Source of the DNA: an uncultured Rikenellaceae bacterium
GTDB taxonomy: Bacteria > Bacteroidota > Bacteroidia > Bacteroidales > VadinHA17
Assembly (NCBI GenBank): GCA_964633505.1
Contig: CAZWHC010000003.1
Coordinates: 317,613-381,612, forward strand
Length of the DNA: 64,000 nucleotides
Reading direction: 5' to 3'
Both the position numbers and the translations under genes were made by a program. The notes below the pieces were generated by a model. That model worked only from the letters and a program-made list of their open reading frames with translations, ran no database searches and had not been told where the DNA came from. Of the stretch, positions 28,378-38,938 are shown piece by piece. The first letter of the stretch is position 1; every line of letters starts with the position of its first letter.

Positions 28378-29190
28378 ATGAACACTGTTCTAAAACGTAT
28401 TTTACCGCTTGCCTTTCTCTTCATGGTAATATCATGTAATGCCCCCGGAGGCAATGATAACACTAAGGTTTTAATCAGGACCACTGCAGGAGATATCACA
28501 ATTAAACTATACGACGGAACACCTCTCCATCGTGATAATTTCATCAGGCTTGTCAATACGGGATACTATGAAGGAATATCTTTTCACCGTGTCATAAAGG
28601 ATTTTATGATACAGGCCGGAGATCCTCTTACCAGGTCGGGACTGACAAAAATCCAGATTGACTCATTGAGCACATATACAATACCTGCAGAGATCCGGAA
28701 GGAATACTATCATAAAAAAGGAGCTCTTGCAGCTGCACGTGAAGGTAACGATGTAAATCCCGGAATGCGTTCATCAGGAACCCAGTTTTATATAGTCCAG
28801 GGAAAAAAATATACCGACCAGGAAATAATTGCAGCAGCTGAAAGGATAAACAGCAATCTGAAACAAATAATTTTCAGCAGGCTGATAAAGGAGATTGCCG
28901 ATAGCGCCATGAAGGCAGGTACCCCTCTTCAGGACAGTGAGGTACAGGAAAAAGCCTCACTTAAAATGTTCGATTATCTTACCACTCAGGGTGATTTTAA
29001 ATTCACCGAAGAACAGGTTGGCGTATATAAAACAGCCGGAGGCGTTCCCCGTCTTGACGGGACCTATACAGTCTTCGGTGAAGTAACCGAAGGTCAGGAG
29101 GTAGTCGATAAAATTGCATCGGTCGCCACTGATGCTTCCGATAAACCTGTTAATGATATTAAAATATTGAAAATGAAACTGGTAAGATAA
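28378..29190 (+). CDS. cyclophilin-type peptidyl-prolyl cis-trans isomerase, lipoprotein
   Basis: Start moved to the ATG at 28378, giving MNTVLKRILPLAFLFMVISC (lipobox). Has 'FHRVIKDFMIQAGDP', 'GTQFYIVQG' and 'YTVFGEVTEGQEVVDKI'. The cyclophilin core carries a ~60-aa insert. Confidence 0.9.
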   Translation: MNTVLKRILPLAFLFMVISCNAPGGNDNTKVLIRTTAGDITIKLYDGTPLHRDNFIRLVNTGYYEGISFHRVIKDFMIQAGDPLTRSGLTKIQIDSLSTYTIPAEIRKEYYHKKGALAAAREGNDVNPGMRSSGTQFYIVQGKKYTDQEIIAAAERINSNLKQIIFSRLIKEIADSAMKAGTPLQDSEVQEKASLKMFDYLTTQGDFKFTEEQVGVYKTAGGVPRLDGTYTVFGEVTEGQEVVDKIASVATDASDKPVNDIKILKMKLVR

Positions 29191-29217
29191 CCGGTTTCAC
29201 TGTTAAAATAAATTCAC

Positions 29218-30258
29218 ATGCTCGATAAAATTAAAAATCTTGCCGGCGAAATCATTGCTTCTGAGATCAGGAACGCTGCTGATCTGGAGGCATTCAGGCT
29301 TAAATATCTGAGTAAAAAGGGTATAATCAGCGAATTATTCGATGAATTCAGGAATATCCCTGCCGATCTGAAAAAGGAGGTTGGACAGAAGCTTAATGAA
29401 CTTAAACAGAATGCCCAGGAAAAATACAATTCCATTAAAGCGGCAGCAGGCGTCTCTGAAGAAAGGTCAGGAGCAAACGATCTTACAAGACCTGCTTATC
29501 CGTTTCCCACAGGTTCACGCCATCCGATCTCGATTGTAAGAAGGGAAATAATCGACATCTTCTCTAGAATTGGCTTTGTTGTTTCAGAAGGACCTGAAAT
29601 AGAAGACGATAATCATGTGTTTTCAAAACTGAACTTTGCTCCTGAGCACCCTGCCAGGGATATGCAGGACACATTTTATATCTTCAGAAATTCTGTTGAG
29701 GATTCAAATCCTGAAGATATTCTTCTGCGTACCCATACATCTTCTGTCCAGGTCAGGGTAATGGAAAACCAGAAGCCTCCCATAAGGACAATTTCTCCCG
29801 GAAGGGTATTCAGGAATGAGGCAATATCGGCCAGGGCACATTGTATATTCCATCAGATCGAAGGTCTTTATATTGACGAGAATGTATCGTTTGCAGATCT
29901 GAAGCAGACATTGCTGTATTTTGCACGGGAACTTTACGGCCAGGACATCAGTATACGTCTCCGTCCTTCCTATTTCCCCTTCACCGAACCTTCGGCAGAA
30001 ATGGATGTGAGCTGCAACCTCTGCGGCGGAAAAGGCTGTAATGTTTGCAAGTATACAGGCTGGCTTGAGGTTCTTGGCTGCGGAATGGTCCATCCCAATG
30101 TCCTTGAAGCCTGCAATATCGACAGCAGGAAATATACAGGATTTGCTTTCGGAATGGGTATAGAACGTGCGGCGATGCTGAAATACCAGGTCAACGACCT
30201 CAGGCTTTATTTTGAAAATGATATTCGTTTTCTTGAACAGTTCAGATCAGCTATTTAA
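29218..30258 (+). CDS. pheS: phenylalanine--tRNA ligase alpha subunit
   Basis: 346 aa with class II motifs: 'HPARDMQDTFY', 'LLRTHTSSVQVR', 'GRVFRNE', 'FPFTEPSAEMDV' and 'GFAFGMGIERAAML'. Confidence 0.95.
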   Translation: MLDKIKNLAGEIIASEIRNAADLEAFRLKYLSKKGIISELFDEFRNIPADLKKEVGQKLNELKQNAQEKYNSIKAAAGVSEERSGANDLTRPAYPFPTGSRHPISIVRREIIDIFSRIGFVVSEGPEIEDDNHVFSKLNFAPEHPARDMQDTFYIFRNSVEDSNPEDILLRTHTSSVQVRVMENQKPPIRTISPGRVFRNEAISARAHCIFHQIEGLYIDENVSFADLKQTLLYFARELYGQDISIRLRPSYFPFTEPSAEMDVSCNLCGGKGCNVCKYTGWLEVLGCGMVHPNVLEACNIDSRKYTGFAFGMGIERAAMLKYQVNDLRLYFENDIRFLEQFRSAI

Positions 30259-30322
30259 CTTCATTGAACATTAAAAAAAGGGTATTGTTTATATTTTAAT
30301 ATTACAATTACAGGATGATGAT

Positions 30323-31039
30323 ATGAAACAGCATGATATTCATGTTCCGCTTTGTGAGAAATGCGCTCTGGAAACTGGTTCATTGTTTAAAAATCTTACC
30401 CCCGACGAAGTTGAGATGGTCAACTTTGAAAAGGATTTCAGACAGTACAGGCGCGGTGATATACTGTACCAGGAAGGAAACAGGATAAGCGGATTTTATT
30501 GCATCCACAGCGGTATCATAAAGGTTTACAAGACCGGATTCGACGGCAAGGAACAGATCATCAGGTTTGCAAAACCTGGCGAAATAATAGCTTACAGGAG
30601 TGTCCTGAGCAATGAGGTGGCATGCACTTCTGCAAAGGTTATCGAGGATTGCCAGGTTTGTTTTATTCCCTCTGAAATACTTATTTCCCTTATCAAAACC
30701 AACCCGGCTTTTGCCCTTGACCTGCTTAAACTGGCATGCCATGAACTTGGTGAGGCAAACTCATTTATAACGGATATTGCCCAGAAGACTGTAAGGGAAC
30801 GTCTTGCAGAAATACTGCTTCTTCTTGTAAATGACTTCGGTCTGGATGATCAGAACAACCTGAAAATCTCACTTACAAGGGAAGAACTTGCAAATATTGT
30901 TGGTACCGCCACGGAATCGGTTATACGACTTTTGTCGGAATTTAAAACCGACAGGCTTGTTGAGCTCAACGGGAGAAAAATAAAGATATTGAATCCGAAA
31001 GGGCTTGAAAAGATAAGCAACGTGATGACGAGAAGCTAA
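30323..31039 (+). CDS. Crp/Fnr-family transcriptional regulator
   Basis: 238 aa. It has a cNMP-binding-like beta-roll and the C-terminal HTH '[24 protein letters not shown]'. The N-terminal 'VPLCEKC' Cys pair leaves possible Fnr-like cluster ligands unresolved. Confidence 0.85.
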   Translation: MKQHDIHVPLCEKCALETGSLFKNLTPDEVEMVNFEKDFRQYRRGDILYQEGNRISGFYCIHSGIIKVYKTGFDGKEQIIRFAKPGEIIAYRSVLSNEVACTSAKVIEDCQVCFIPSEILISLIKTNPAFALDLLKLACHELGEANSFITDIAQKTVRERLAEILLLLVNDFGLDDQNNLKISLTREELANIVGTATESVIRLLSEFKTDRLVELNGRKIKILNPKGLEKISNVMTRS

Positions 31040-32061
31040 AAGAGAGTACCATTAAGGTCGCGTCCGAACTGACGCCCAAGGTGCCTGTATGCATGCTCTG
31101 TAGCCTCCCTGCCACGTGGGGTCCGTTTCAGATATCCCTCTTTGATAAGGAATGGCTCATATACCTCCTCAATTGTACCACTCTCCTCTCCCACTGCCGT
31201 AGATATTGTATTCAGTCCAACAGGTCCTCCTCCGAACTTGTCAATTATTGATGTAAGTATCCTGTTGTCCATTTCATCAAGCCCGTGCTGGTCGATATTA
31301 AGTGCTTTCAGCCCGTATCTTGTTATCCCCAGATCGATGTTTCCCGAACCTTTTACCTGGGCAAAATCCCTTATCCTTCTCAGCAATGCATTTGCAATAC
31401 GCGGTGTTCCCCTGCTTCTTCCGGCTATCTCCACAGCTGCATCATCTTCAATTTTCACATTCAGAATACCGGCCGAACGTTTTATTATTCCCGTCAGTAT
31501 CTCATGGTCATAATATTCAAGATGAAAGGTGATGCCGAATCTTGCCCTGAGCGGACTTGTAAGCAGCCCCGATCTTGTAGTGGCGCCTATAAGTGTAAAA
31601 TTATTAAGGCTTATCTGGACCGATCTGGCGCTTGGTCCCTTGTCGAGCATTATATCGATCTGGAAATCTTCCATGGCTGAATAGAGATATTCCTCAACCA
31701 CCGGGCTTAGCCTGTGGATCTCATCAATAAAAAGCACGTCGCCTTCCTCCAGGTTTGTAAGCAGCCCTGCAAGATCTCCAGGCTTATCCAGAACCGGTCC
31801 GGATGTGACCTTAAGGTTTACCTGCATTTCGTTTGATATAATCGAGGCAAGAGTGGTCTTTCCCAGTCCCGGCGGTCCGTGAAGAAGTACATGATCGAGT
31901 GATTCTTTTCTCTTCCTCGCCGCTGTAACAAAAACAGTAAGGTTATCTATTATCTGTTTCTGACCTTTGAAGTCATTGAAGGAAAGAGGTCTCAGCTGTT
32001 TTTCAAATTCCCTGTCGCCGTTTGCAATATTATCTTTTCTGATGTTGAAATCCTCTTCCAT
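31036..32061 (-). CDS. ruvB: Holliday junction branch migration DNA helicase RuvB
   Basis: 341 aa. Walker A is '[11 protein letters not shown]' and Walker B is '[10 protein letters not shown]'. Also has '[20 protein letters not shown]'. Confidence 0.95.
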   Translation of the reverse strand: MEEDFNIRKDNIANGDREFEKQLRPLSFNDFKGQKQIIDNLTVFVTAARKRKESLDHVLLHGPPGLGKTTLASIISNEMQVNLKVTSGPVLDKPGDLAGLLTNLEEGDVLFIDEIHRLSPVVEEYLYSAMEDFQIDIMLDKGPSARSVQISLNNFTLIGATTRSGLLTSPLRARFGITFHLEYYDHEILTGIIKRSAGILNVKIEDDAAVEIAGRSRGTPRIANALLRRIRDFAQVKGSGNIDLGITRYGLKALNIDQHGLDEMDNRILTSIIDKFGGGPVGLNTISTAVGEESGTIEEVYEPFLIKEGYLKRTPRGREATEHAYRHLGRQFGRDLNGTLF

Positions 32062-32120
32062 TTTATCACCGGTATCTTTGACTCCGGAAGCTCCCTGGTG
32101 GTTTGCCGGATAAATAATTA

Positions 32121-33674
32121 CTATTTTATAAGTTTAACATCACTTTCAGGAAGATTGATCTTTACCCCGTTGATGCTTGTTTCTACATCATCCTTATAGG
32201 TAATTGAGAGAACTATTATTCCTTCCTCATCATATTTCTTCCATGTTTTCTGTCTTATCCCCGCCCTGTAATACTGTTCTTCCTTCGGTCGTCCGTTCTC
32301 ATAGAAATAAGTAAGCTGTCCATCTGGATTTCCCTGAATATAATTTCCTCTGAATCGTAATTTTCCGTCGGGATAATACGATTTCCACAATCCGTCGCGT
32401 AGTCCTACAATATATTTTCCTTCCTCTGTATTGTCGCCCGATTTATATTTCCAATCCCCGTTTTTCTCGCCGTCGGTGTATTGTCCTTTTGCTATTATCT
32501 CTCCTGAAGGCGAATATTCGGTAAAAATTCCATCGCGCTGACCCTGGAAATATTCCTCTTCTCTCAGCACAGTTCCGTCGCCGTAATACCAGGTCCACAA
32601 TCCGTCGGGACGTCCGTTATTATATGCTCCTGTCTGTTCAAGTTTTCCGTTTGTCGTATAGAATTTCCATAATCCGGTTCGGCGGCTGTCGGTATATTGT
32701 CCTTCAGCCTGTGTTTTTCCGTCGGGATACAGGTCTTTCCATTTCCCGTTGTATCTTCCTGCCTCATCAACAATGCCCTGTGAAAGAAGAAGTCCGTTGT
32801 CGTTATATAGGAAGGAATTGATAACCTTACCATCGGCATTGTATTCCCTGTGAACTCCCACAGGTATCTTGTTCCTGAATGGTCCGCTGTAAACAAGCTT
32901 ATTATTCTGATCGTACCTGTTCTCAATTTCAATATCGGGCTGGTCCTCGACTTCCGATTTAACCACAGCTCCGTTTTCATAAAGCATTGTCATGACGAGA
33001 ATTCCACGGTTGTCGTACTCCTTATAATATCCGTGGAGCATATTATCCCTGTAGCTTTTCTCAGATTTCACGCTTCCGTTGGGATAAAAATCCTTCCATA
33101 CTCCCTGTTTCAGTCCCTTGTTGTCGGTTCGGTTTATCCTTTCGCGGCTTATCAGGAAATCGTTGTTGTATTCAAGAAGGGTTATCACGTTCCCGTTAAG
33201 ATCAAATTCTTTTGAAAGTCCTTCTTTTTTCCCGTTGCTGTATGAAAGAGTCTGTTGCATTTTACCTTCAGGAAAATAGAAAAATGCAGTTCCCTCCCGT
33301 TTATCCCCTGCAAACAATTCCTTTGAATAAACATAGATGCCTTTAAATGGATCCTTTTTGTATTTAAATGAATATCCGTTTCTTTTGCCGAAGAGATAAT
33401 TGATTTTCTCAATTGTATCGCCTGCCTGATCATAAAATAACCATATGCTGTCGAGCTGGAAATTAGTGTATCTTCCTTCTGATTTTTTCACTCCTGTCAC
33501 ATAGAAGCTACGCCAGAATCCTTCTGGTTTTCCGTTTTTGAAAATACCTTCGCTCGATATTGTTCCATTAGGATACCTGAATATCTGGTAACCATCCTGT
33601 ATATTGCTTCCTGTCTGGCTGTAAACACATACAGCTGTTAATAAAATAACAATAGTGGTTAATGCCTTTTTCAT
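32121..33674 (-). CDS. secreted MORN-variant repeat protein (YwqK-like repeats)
   Basis: 517 aa with a signal peptide. More than 12 repeats of the 'G.W..YY.NGK.......Y..G..dG' type are present. Confidence 0.7.
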   Translation of the reverse strand: MKKALTTIVILLTAVCVYSQTGSNIQDGYQIFRYPNGTISSEGIFKNGKPEGFWRSFYVTGVKKSEGRYTNFQLDSIWLFYDQAGDTIEKINYLFGKRNGYSFKYKKDPFKGIYVYSKELFAGDKREGTAFFYFPEGKMQQTLSYSNGKKEGLSKEFDLNGNVITLLEYNNDFLISRERINRTDNKGLKQGVWKDFYPNGSVKSEKSYRDNMLHGYYKEYDNRGILVMTMLYENGAVVKSEVEDQPDIEIENRYDQNNKLVYSGPFRNKIPVGVHREYNADGKVINSFLYNDNGLLLSQGIVDEAGRYNGKWKDLYPDGKTQAEGQYTDSRRTGLWKFYTTNGKLEQTGAYNNGRPDGLWTWYYGDGTVLREEEYFQGQRDGIFTEYSPSGEIIAKGQYTDGEKNGDWKYKSGDNTEEGKYIVGLRDGLWKSYYPDGKLRFRGNYIQGNPDGQLTYFYENGRPKEEQYYRAGIRQKTWKKYDEEGIIVLSITYKDDVETSINGVKINLPESDVKLIK

Positions 33675-33676
33675 AA

Positions 33677-34690
33677 TTAAAGACCTGATTTTTCGGATAT
33701 TTCCATCATCCTCTCTATTGGTAATGCAGCTTTAGATAATATTTCAGGATCAACTGTTATTTCAGGCTTTTCATCCCTTAGACAGTTATAAATTTTTTCC
33801 ATTGTTACGAGTTTCATAAAATTGCATTCGCTGCAGCCGCATGTTGAATCCCTTGGAGGAACCGGAATATATTCCTTTGAAGGATTTGACTTTTTCATCT
33901 GATGTATAATTCCAGGCTCAGTTCCGACAATATATGTCGCTGCATTATCTTTTTCTGTAAACTTAAGAAGGGCTGATGTCGATCCTATGAAGTCGGCTAT
34001 CATCCTTACAGGCAGTTCACATTCGGGATGAACTATTACTTTGGCGTCAGTATGTTCTCTTTTAAGCTCAAGTATTGCTTCGAGTGAAAACTCCTCATGA
34101 ACATGGCAGGATCCGTTCCATACCAGAATATCGCGTCCTGTTTTATTTATTATATAATTTCCAAGGTTCCTGTCGGGTCCGAATATAATCTTTTCATCGG
34201 CCGGCAGCGATTCAATTATCTTAACGGCATTTGATGAAGTACAAATAATATCAGATAATGCTTTTATGTCAATGTTTGTATTGACATATGTCACCACTGT
34301 TCTTCCTGGATTTTCATCGATGAACCTTTTGAAATCTTCAGCCTTGCACGAGTCGGCCAGGGAACATCCCGCGTCCATATCGGGGAGCAATACTTTTCTG
34401 GAAGGAGAAAGTATTTTGGCAGTTTCAGCCATAAACCTGACGCCGGCAAACAATATTATATCAGCATCCGTCGAACGGGCTTTCTGAGAAAGAGCCAGGC
34501 TGTCGCCTGTGAAATCAGCAATGTCCTGGATATCGCCGGTCTGGTAATAATGCGCAAGTATTACAGCATTCTTCTGCTTTTTCAGTTTTTTTATCTCACT
34601 TGTAAAATCCATTGTTCTGTTTTCAGTCATTACCTGTTCAGTAATAAATTTCATATGAAAATTCAGGAACGCTCTAAATTGATTAAGCAA
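33677..34690 (-). CDS. nadA: quinolinate synthase
   Basis: Has 'AVILAHYYQ', 'DFTGDSL', 'ILFAGVRFMAETAKIL', 'CSLADS', 'VNT', 'HVHEEF', 'HPEC' and 'C.CSECNFMK'. The true start is probably an internal ATG (34654 or 34630) rather than 34690. Confidence 0.9.
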   Translation of the reverse strand: MLNQFRAFLNFHMKFITEQVMTENRTMDFTSEIKKLKKQKNAVILAHYYQTGDIQDIADFTGDSLALSQKARSTDADIILFAGVRFMAETAKILSPSRKVLLPDMDAGCSLADSCKAEDFKRFIDENPGRTVVTYVNTNIDIKALSDIICTSSNAVKIIESLPADEKIIFGPDRNLGNYIINKTGRDILVWNGSCHVHEEFSLEAILELKREHTDAKVIVHPECELPVRMIADFIGSTSALLKFTEKDNAATYIVGTEPGIIHQMKKSNPSKEYIPVPPRDSTCGCSECNFMKLVTMEKIYNCLRDEKPEITVDPEILSKAALPIERMMEISEKSGL

Positions 34691-35227
34691 AATTACTAAT
34701 CCTTATCACATTATAGGCTTTTCAACAATCCTGATATTTCCATTATTATCAACTATTGAAATTTTTATTTCTTATGATGTTTTATATATCCTGTTAATTG
34801 TGTTGAAACAATTATCAGAATTTTCTTTCAAATTATACAATTGTCATCAGGTAAACACTTTTTCAACAGCTCAAAAAATATACCATTTTTGAGAATCAGG
34901 ATATTAGCAAAGTAATTAACAATTGTTGAAAATGAGATATTGATAACCGTTTAATTCCTGAAATCAGCTTTGTGATGTTTATTTTGAGTTAAAATATATG
35001 CAAAATCTATTTAAAAGTTGAAGTCTGAGCTCTTCTGAAACATGAAAAGGCCTTCTTTTGTTAATAAAACCGGACTTATGATTTTTTGGTCATTACTTTT
35101 CAACATTATAATTACATAATTTAAAAGAACAGAAAAGTACTGTCTATTGTTTTCTTATAAGATGGAATTGTATTGGTTTGTAAAATGAATATCAGGAATC
35201 ACTTTTAAAAAAGAATTATATTGAAAT

Positions 35228-35315
35228 TTTTACCCCCTTCCCAACCTTCCCCCAAAGGGGAAGGGGCGCCACAATTAGCATTTCCCCCTTGGGGGAAACG
35301 GGAAAGGGGGTTAAT
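35228..35315. repeat. compound G/C-tract hairpin repeat element (outer TACCCCCTTCCC / GGGAAAGGGGGTTA arms enclosing two hairpins)
   Basis: Read directly: tttttacccccttcccaa-[ccttccccc aaa ggggaagg]-ggcgccacaattagca-[tttccccc tt gggggaaa]-cgggaaagggggttaa. The hairpin modules are the same as at 11423-11440, 11591-11610 and 1592-1622. Confidence 0.75.
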
Positions 35316-35424
35316 GACAAAAGAATAAGATGATTATTTGACGTTTTATAATGATTGTTCTTGTACTTTTGTCGAAGATTTTCGAAAATCAGGATTTGTA
35401 AAGAATTATGACAGACAAAATATC

Positions 35425-35880
35425 ATGCAGCATAACGGAAAGAAAATTGCAATAGCCTCCGATCATGCGGGTTATTATCTCAAGGAAAAAATTGTAAAGT
35501 TCCTTATCAAGAACAATGTTGATTTAAAAGATCTCGGGCCTGATCAATATGAACAGGCAGACGATTATCCCGATTTTGGTCATCCCCTTGCACGGGCAGT
35601 TTCTGAGGGTGAATATGATCTTGGCATTTCAATTTGTGGTACAGGCAACGGAATTAACATGACCGTAAACAAATATCAGGGAATAAGAAGCGCATTATGC
35701 TGGAATGAAGAAATTAGCAGGCTGGCCAGGATGCATAATAATGCGAATATATGCGCCCTTCCTGCAAGGTTCATTAACGAATCGGAAGCATATCTGATAG
35801 TGAAGACTTTCATCGAGACAGGGTTTGATGGGGGAAGGCATGAGAGGAGGATAAATAAAATACCGTTAAAGCTTTACTAA
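35425..35880 (+). CDS. rpiB: ribose-5-phosphate isomerase B
   Basis: Start moved to the ATG at 35425 (MQHNGKKIAIASDHAGY). The track ORF begins at a TTG inside the repeat element. Has 'ICGTGNGINMTVNK' and 'HNNANICALPARF'. Confidence 0.9.
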   Translation: MQHNGKKIAIASDHAGYYLKEKIVKFLIKNNVDLKDLGPDQYEQADDYPDFGHPLARAVSEGEYDLGISICGTGNGINMTVNKYQGIRSALCWNEEISRLARMHNNANICALPARFINESEAYLIVKTFIETGFDGGRHERRINKIPLKLY

Positions 35881-35881
35881 A

Positions 35882-36322
35882 ATGCTTTCAAATTCAAGCA
35901 AATACGGGATAAGGGCAATGGTATACCTTGCAAAGCACCATGATGGGAAGACAAGCTTTGGAATAAAGGAAATATCACAGGAACTTGATCTGCCCACACC
36001 ATATTTAGCCAAGATAATGCAACTGCTTGCAAGGCACAGGATCCTTAATTCTGTAAAAGGACCAAATGGCGGATTTTCGCTGATGAAAAAGCCCGAATCC
36101 GTAACCCTTTACGACATTGTAAGAATTATCGACGGTGAAGGCCTTTTTAAAAATTGTATGATACACGACTGTACATGCAGTTCGGTAAGGAAAACAAGAA
36201 AAATGTGCACCGTTCACAATGATTATGAAGTTATCAGGAAACAGCTTCTGACATTATTTAAGAACCGGACCATTGCCGACCTGGCGAAATCAGCAAAAGA
36301 ATCGGGAAATATTCTGATCTGA
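35882..36322 (+). CDS. Rrf2-family transcriptional regulator
   Basis: 146 aa. 'SKYGIRAMVYLA........I.EIS.EL.LP.PYLAKIMQLLARHRILNSVKGPNGGFSL' is the Rrf2 wHTH. The Cys-rich stretch 'CMIHDCTCSS...CTVH' could ligate an Fe-S cluster. Confidence 0.85.
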   Translation: MLSNSSKYGIRAMVYLAKHHDGKTSFGIKEISQELDLPTPYLAKIMQLLARHRILNSVKGPNGGFSLMKKPESVTLYDIVRIIDGEGLFKNCMIHDCTCSSVRKTRKMCTVHNDYEVIRKQLLTLFKNRTIADLAKSAKESGNILI

Positions 36323-36323
36323 T

Positions 36324-36692
36324 TTATTTCTTGTAATAAGGTTCTATGAAAAGCCATATACACACGGCGGAAGCAGTTCCGGCTGTGTTGAACATAATAT
36401 CAAGAATATCGGCTTTCCGGGTCTCGGTAAAACCCGATTGAAACAATTCCATCAGACCTCCGAAGAACACAGGAATAAGGGCGACAATTATTATCTGGCG
36501 TGTATTTGAAAAGAGATACCTGTGTTCCAGTATTATTACACCCATGAAAAGGAAATATAATCCGAAATGAACGAATTTATCAAGATAAGGGATATCGAAA
36601 AATCCTGCACTCTCAAAGGCACTGGCATTTGCCAGGCTCAGATATAGAATTAAAAGAGAAACCAGGATTGAGAACTTATTCCTATTTATCAT
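36324..36692 (-). CDS. VanZ-like small membrane protein
   Basis: 122 aa with 4 TM segments. 'DKFVHFGLYFLF' is VanZ-like. Confidence 0.55.
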   Translation of the reverse strand: MINRNKFSILVSLLILYLSLANASAFESAGFFDIPYLDKFVHFGLYFLFMGVIILEHRYLFSNTRQIIIVALIPVFFGGLMELFQSGFTETRKADILDIMFNTAGTASAVCIWLFIEPYYKK

Positions 36693-36748
36693 TTTATCAG
36701 TTTAGGGCAAATTTATATAATAGAATAATATTTTCTTTATAATTTTAA

Positions 36749-37903
36749 ATGTTTCATCCAAACATGATGGCGGGTATTTATATTCATATTCCTTTTTGCA
36801 AAACGCTTTGTGCATATTGCGATTTCTATCATATTATAGCACCGCAGGATGAACAGCCGTTTGTTGATGCCCTTTTGAAAGAGGCTGAATTACAAAAGGA
36901 ATATACAGGCAATCAGAAAATCTCAACACTTTATATCGGAGGCGGAACTCCATCGGCCCTTCCGGTATCAAGTCTGAAAAAAATCCTGGGCAGGATATTC
37001 AGCCTTTATGACGTTGACAAAGACTGTGAAATAACAGTTGAGATAAATCCCGACGATGTAAGCCGGGAATACCTTGAACAGCTTAAGGAGACAGAGATCA
37101 ACAGGATCAGTGTCGGCATACAATCGTGGAGGGATGCCGACCTTAAACTTATGAACAGGCGTCATAACTCATCCCAGGCAGCAAAGGCCCTTGAAGAAAT
37201 TTTCTCTGCCGGATATGGAAATGTGACTATTGACCTTATTTATGGGATACCAGGAATGACATCCGCTGCCTGGCTTTCAAATCTTGACTTCAGCTTCAGG
37301 TTTGATATAAAACATCTTTCTGCCTATCATCTTACAATAGAACCCGGGACTCTTTTCGGCAAAATGAAGGAAAAAGGATTGCTTTCCGAAACCGATGAGG
37401 AGGAAAGTAATCTGCAGTTCAACCTTCTCATTGAAAAAGCGTCAGATGCAGGATTTATACATTATGAAATTTCAAATTTCGGTAAGCCGGGATTTTTCTC
37501 GATCCATAATTCAAATTACTGGAAACAGGTAAATTACCTGGGTCTTGGGCCATCAGCTCATTCATTCAACGGTTATTCTCGTCAGTGGAATGTAAGGGAT
37601 GTAAAGAAATATATTAAAGCCCTTAATTCGGGTAACCTTATGTTCGAAAGGGAAGACCTCAACAAGAGGATAAGATTCAATGAATATATAATGACTTCGC
37701 TCAGGACAATGTGGGGTATTGATCTTGATTATGTTGAAGAAAAATTTGACAAGGAGGGATTTGATTATATTGTTAACCTGTCGGGAAAACTGATAGACTA
37801 TGGTCTTATGAAACAGGATAAAAAAACCCTGGTTCTCACAAACCAGGGTCAGATGATATCAGATAATATAATTTCTGAGCTTATGCTTCCCGGAGATGAA
37901 TGA
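36749..37903 (+). CDS. hemW: radical SAM heme chaperone HemW (coproporphyrinogen-III-oxidase-like)
   Basis: 384 aa. Has 'GIYIHIPFCKTLCAYCDF' (CxxxCxxC), 'LYIGGGTPS' and 'RISVGIQS'. An alternative start is at 36764. Confidence 0.85.
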   Translation: MFHPNMMAGIYIHIPFCKTLCAYCDFYHIIAPQDEQPFVDALLKEAELQKEYTGNQKISTLYIGGGTPSALPVSSLKKILGRIFSLYDVDKDCEITVEINPDDVSREYLEQLKETEINRISVGIQSWRDADLKLMNRRHNSSQAAKALEEIFSAGYGNVTIDLIYGIPGMTSAAWLSNLDFSFRFDIKHLSAYHLTIEPGTLFGKMKEKGLLSETDEEESNLQFNLLIEKASDAGFIHYEISNFGKPGFFSIHNSNYWKQVNYLGLGPSAHSFNGYSRQWNVRDVKKYIKALNSGNLMFEREDLNKRIRFNEYIMTSLRTMWGIDLDYVEEKFDKEGFDYIVNLSGKLIDYGLMKQDKKTLVLTNQGQMISDNIISELMLPGDE

Positions 37904-38809
37904 TCATCTCTTTGAAAGGGCAAATGTTGTTCTTCCTATTATATTGCTCTCCAGATAAAGCTCAACACTGTAGTTTCCTACAATAAAATCGCCGGTGTTA
38001 TCGAGGAAAATGCACATCTCAATATCCTGGTTCATATAATCGACAAGGCGGCTTGCCGAATAAACAAGTTTGTTTCCCTTATAGTCGAATAGATTGTCGG
38101 GGCTTGTTGTGATTACAAGTGAATCGGGCCTGATGACTCTCATAAATACTTCTTTTTCCCCGGCAGCGGCAATCGGATTTTCACGAAGGGTGAAACAGAT
38201 CCTCAGCTTATCAATAAGATTCAGCCTTGTTGTCTCTTTTCTCTTTTTATTAAGCGTTACCGCATTAATATCTTTTGCCTGGATGACAGATGCCACCGTG
38301 ACCTTTGAAGTAAGTTCTTCCTTTGCTTTGGTCAGCTCCACATTAGTAGTCTGGACCTCCGAGATCTGCTGCTTGATATCAACGTTCTCAGCCATCAGCT
38401 GTTTATTCAGGGTATTAAGCGAATCGATCTGAACAATATATCCCTTCATGATATCCCTCATTGTCCCGATTTCCGATTTGTACTTTCTGATAAGCTGAAC
38501 ATTGGAAGCATTAATTGACAGCAACTGGACAATTCTTGCTTTTTCCTTCTGCAGATTGGCCATAAGGGTGTCGTTATCGGTTTTCAATGTGTCGTACCCA
38601 TGTGCCATCAGCCTGAGTTCATTTGCCAGTGAATCTTTTTCCTGGGTAAGAACTGTTTCCATTTCAACCATTTTGTTTTTCTGGTCGAAATACATTACAA
38701 CCAGGAAGATTAAAGCTGCTGCCAGAATAACTGTGGTAAAGATCATTGCAATCGGCGCACTCTTTTTCTTTGGTTGCTCTACCGGAGTAAATGTGTTTGT
38801 GTCTGCCAT
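37904..38809 (-). CDS. hypothetical single-pass membrane protein with coiled coil and C-terminal beta-rich domain
   Basis: 301 aa. One TM segment is present (IAMIFTTVILAAALIFLVVMYF), followed by ~130 aa of heptad-like sequence. No motif that I recognise. Confidence 0.5.
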   Translation of the reverse strand: MADTNTFTPVEQPKKKSAPIAMIFTTVILAAALIFLVVMYFDQKNKMVEMETVLTQEKDSLANELRLMAHGYDTLKTDNDTLMANLQKEKARIVQLLSINASNVQLIRKYKSEIGTMRDIMKGYIVQIDSLNTLNKQLMAENVDIKQQISEVQTTNVELTKAKEELTSKVTVASVIQAKDINAVTLNKKRKETTRLNLIDKLRICFTLRENPIAAAGEKEVFMRVIRPDSLVITTSPDNLFDYKGNKLVYSASRLVDYMNQDIEMCIFLDNTGDFIVGNYSVELYLESNIIGRTTFALSKR

Positions 38810-38938
38810 TTATTTGCCTGGATTTAATATAAATAATAATGCAAAAATAATAATATCAGTGAAATTATTAAAAAATCCAATTCAATGATTAATTTTACCA
38901 ACAATCTTAATAATTCTAATTAACTAATATTCAGTACA

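Noticed and set aside
32121-33674. Toxin-antitoxin module (YwqK-type 'antitoxin' repeats)
   Set aside because: The protein is 517 aa with a signal peptide and more than 12 MORN-variant repeats. There is no adjacent toxin gene. It looks like a secreted repeat protein, not a TA component.
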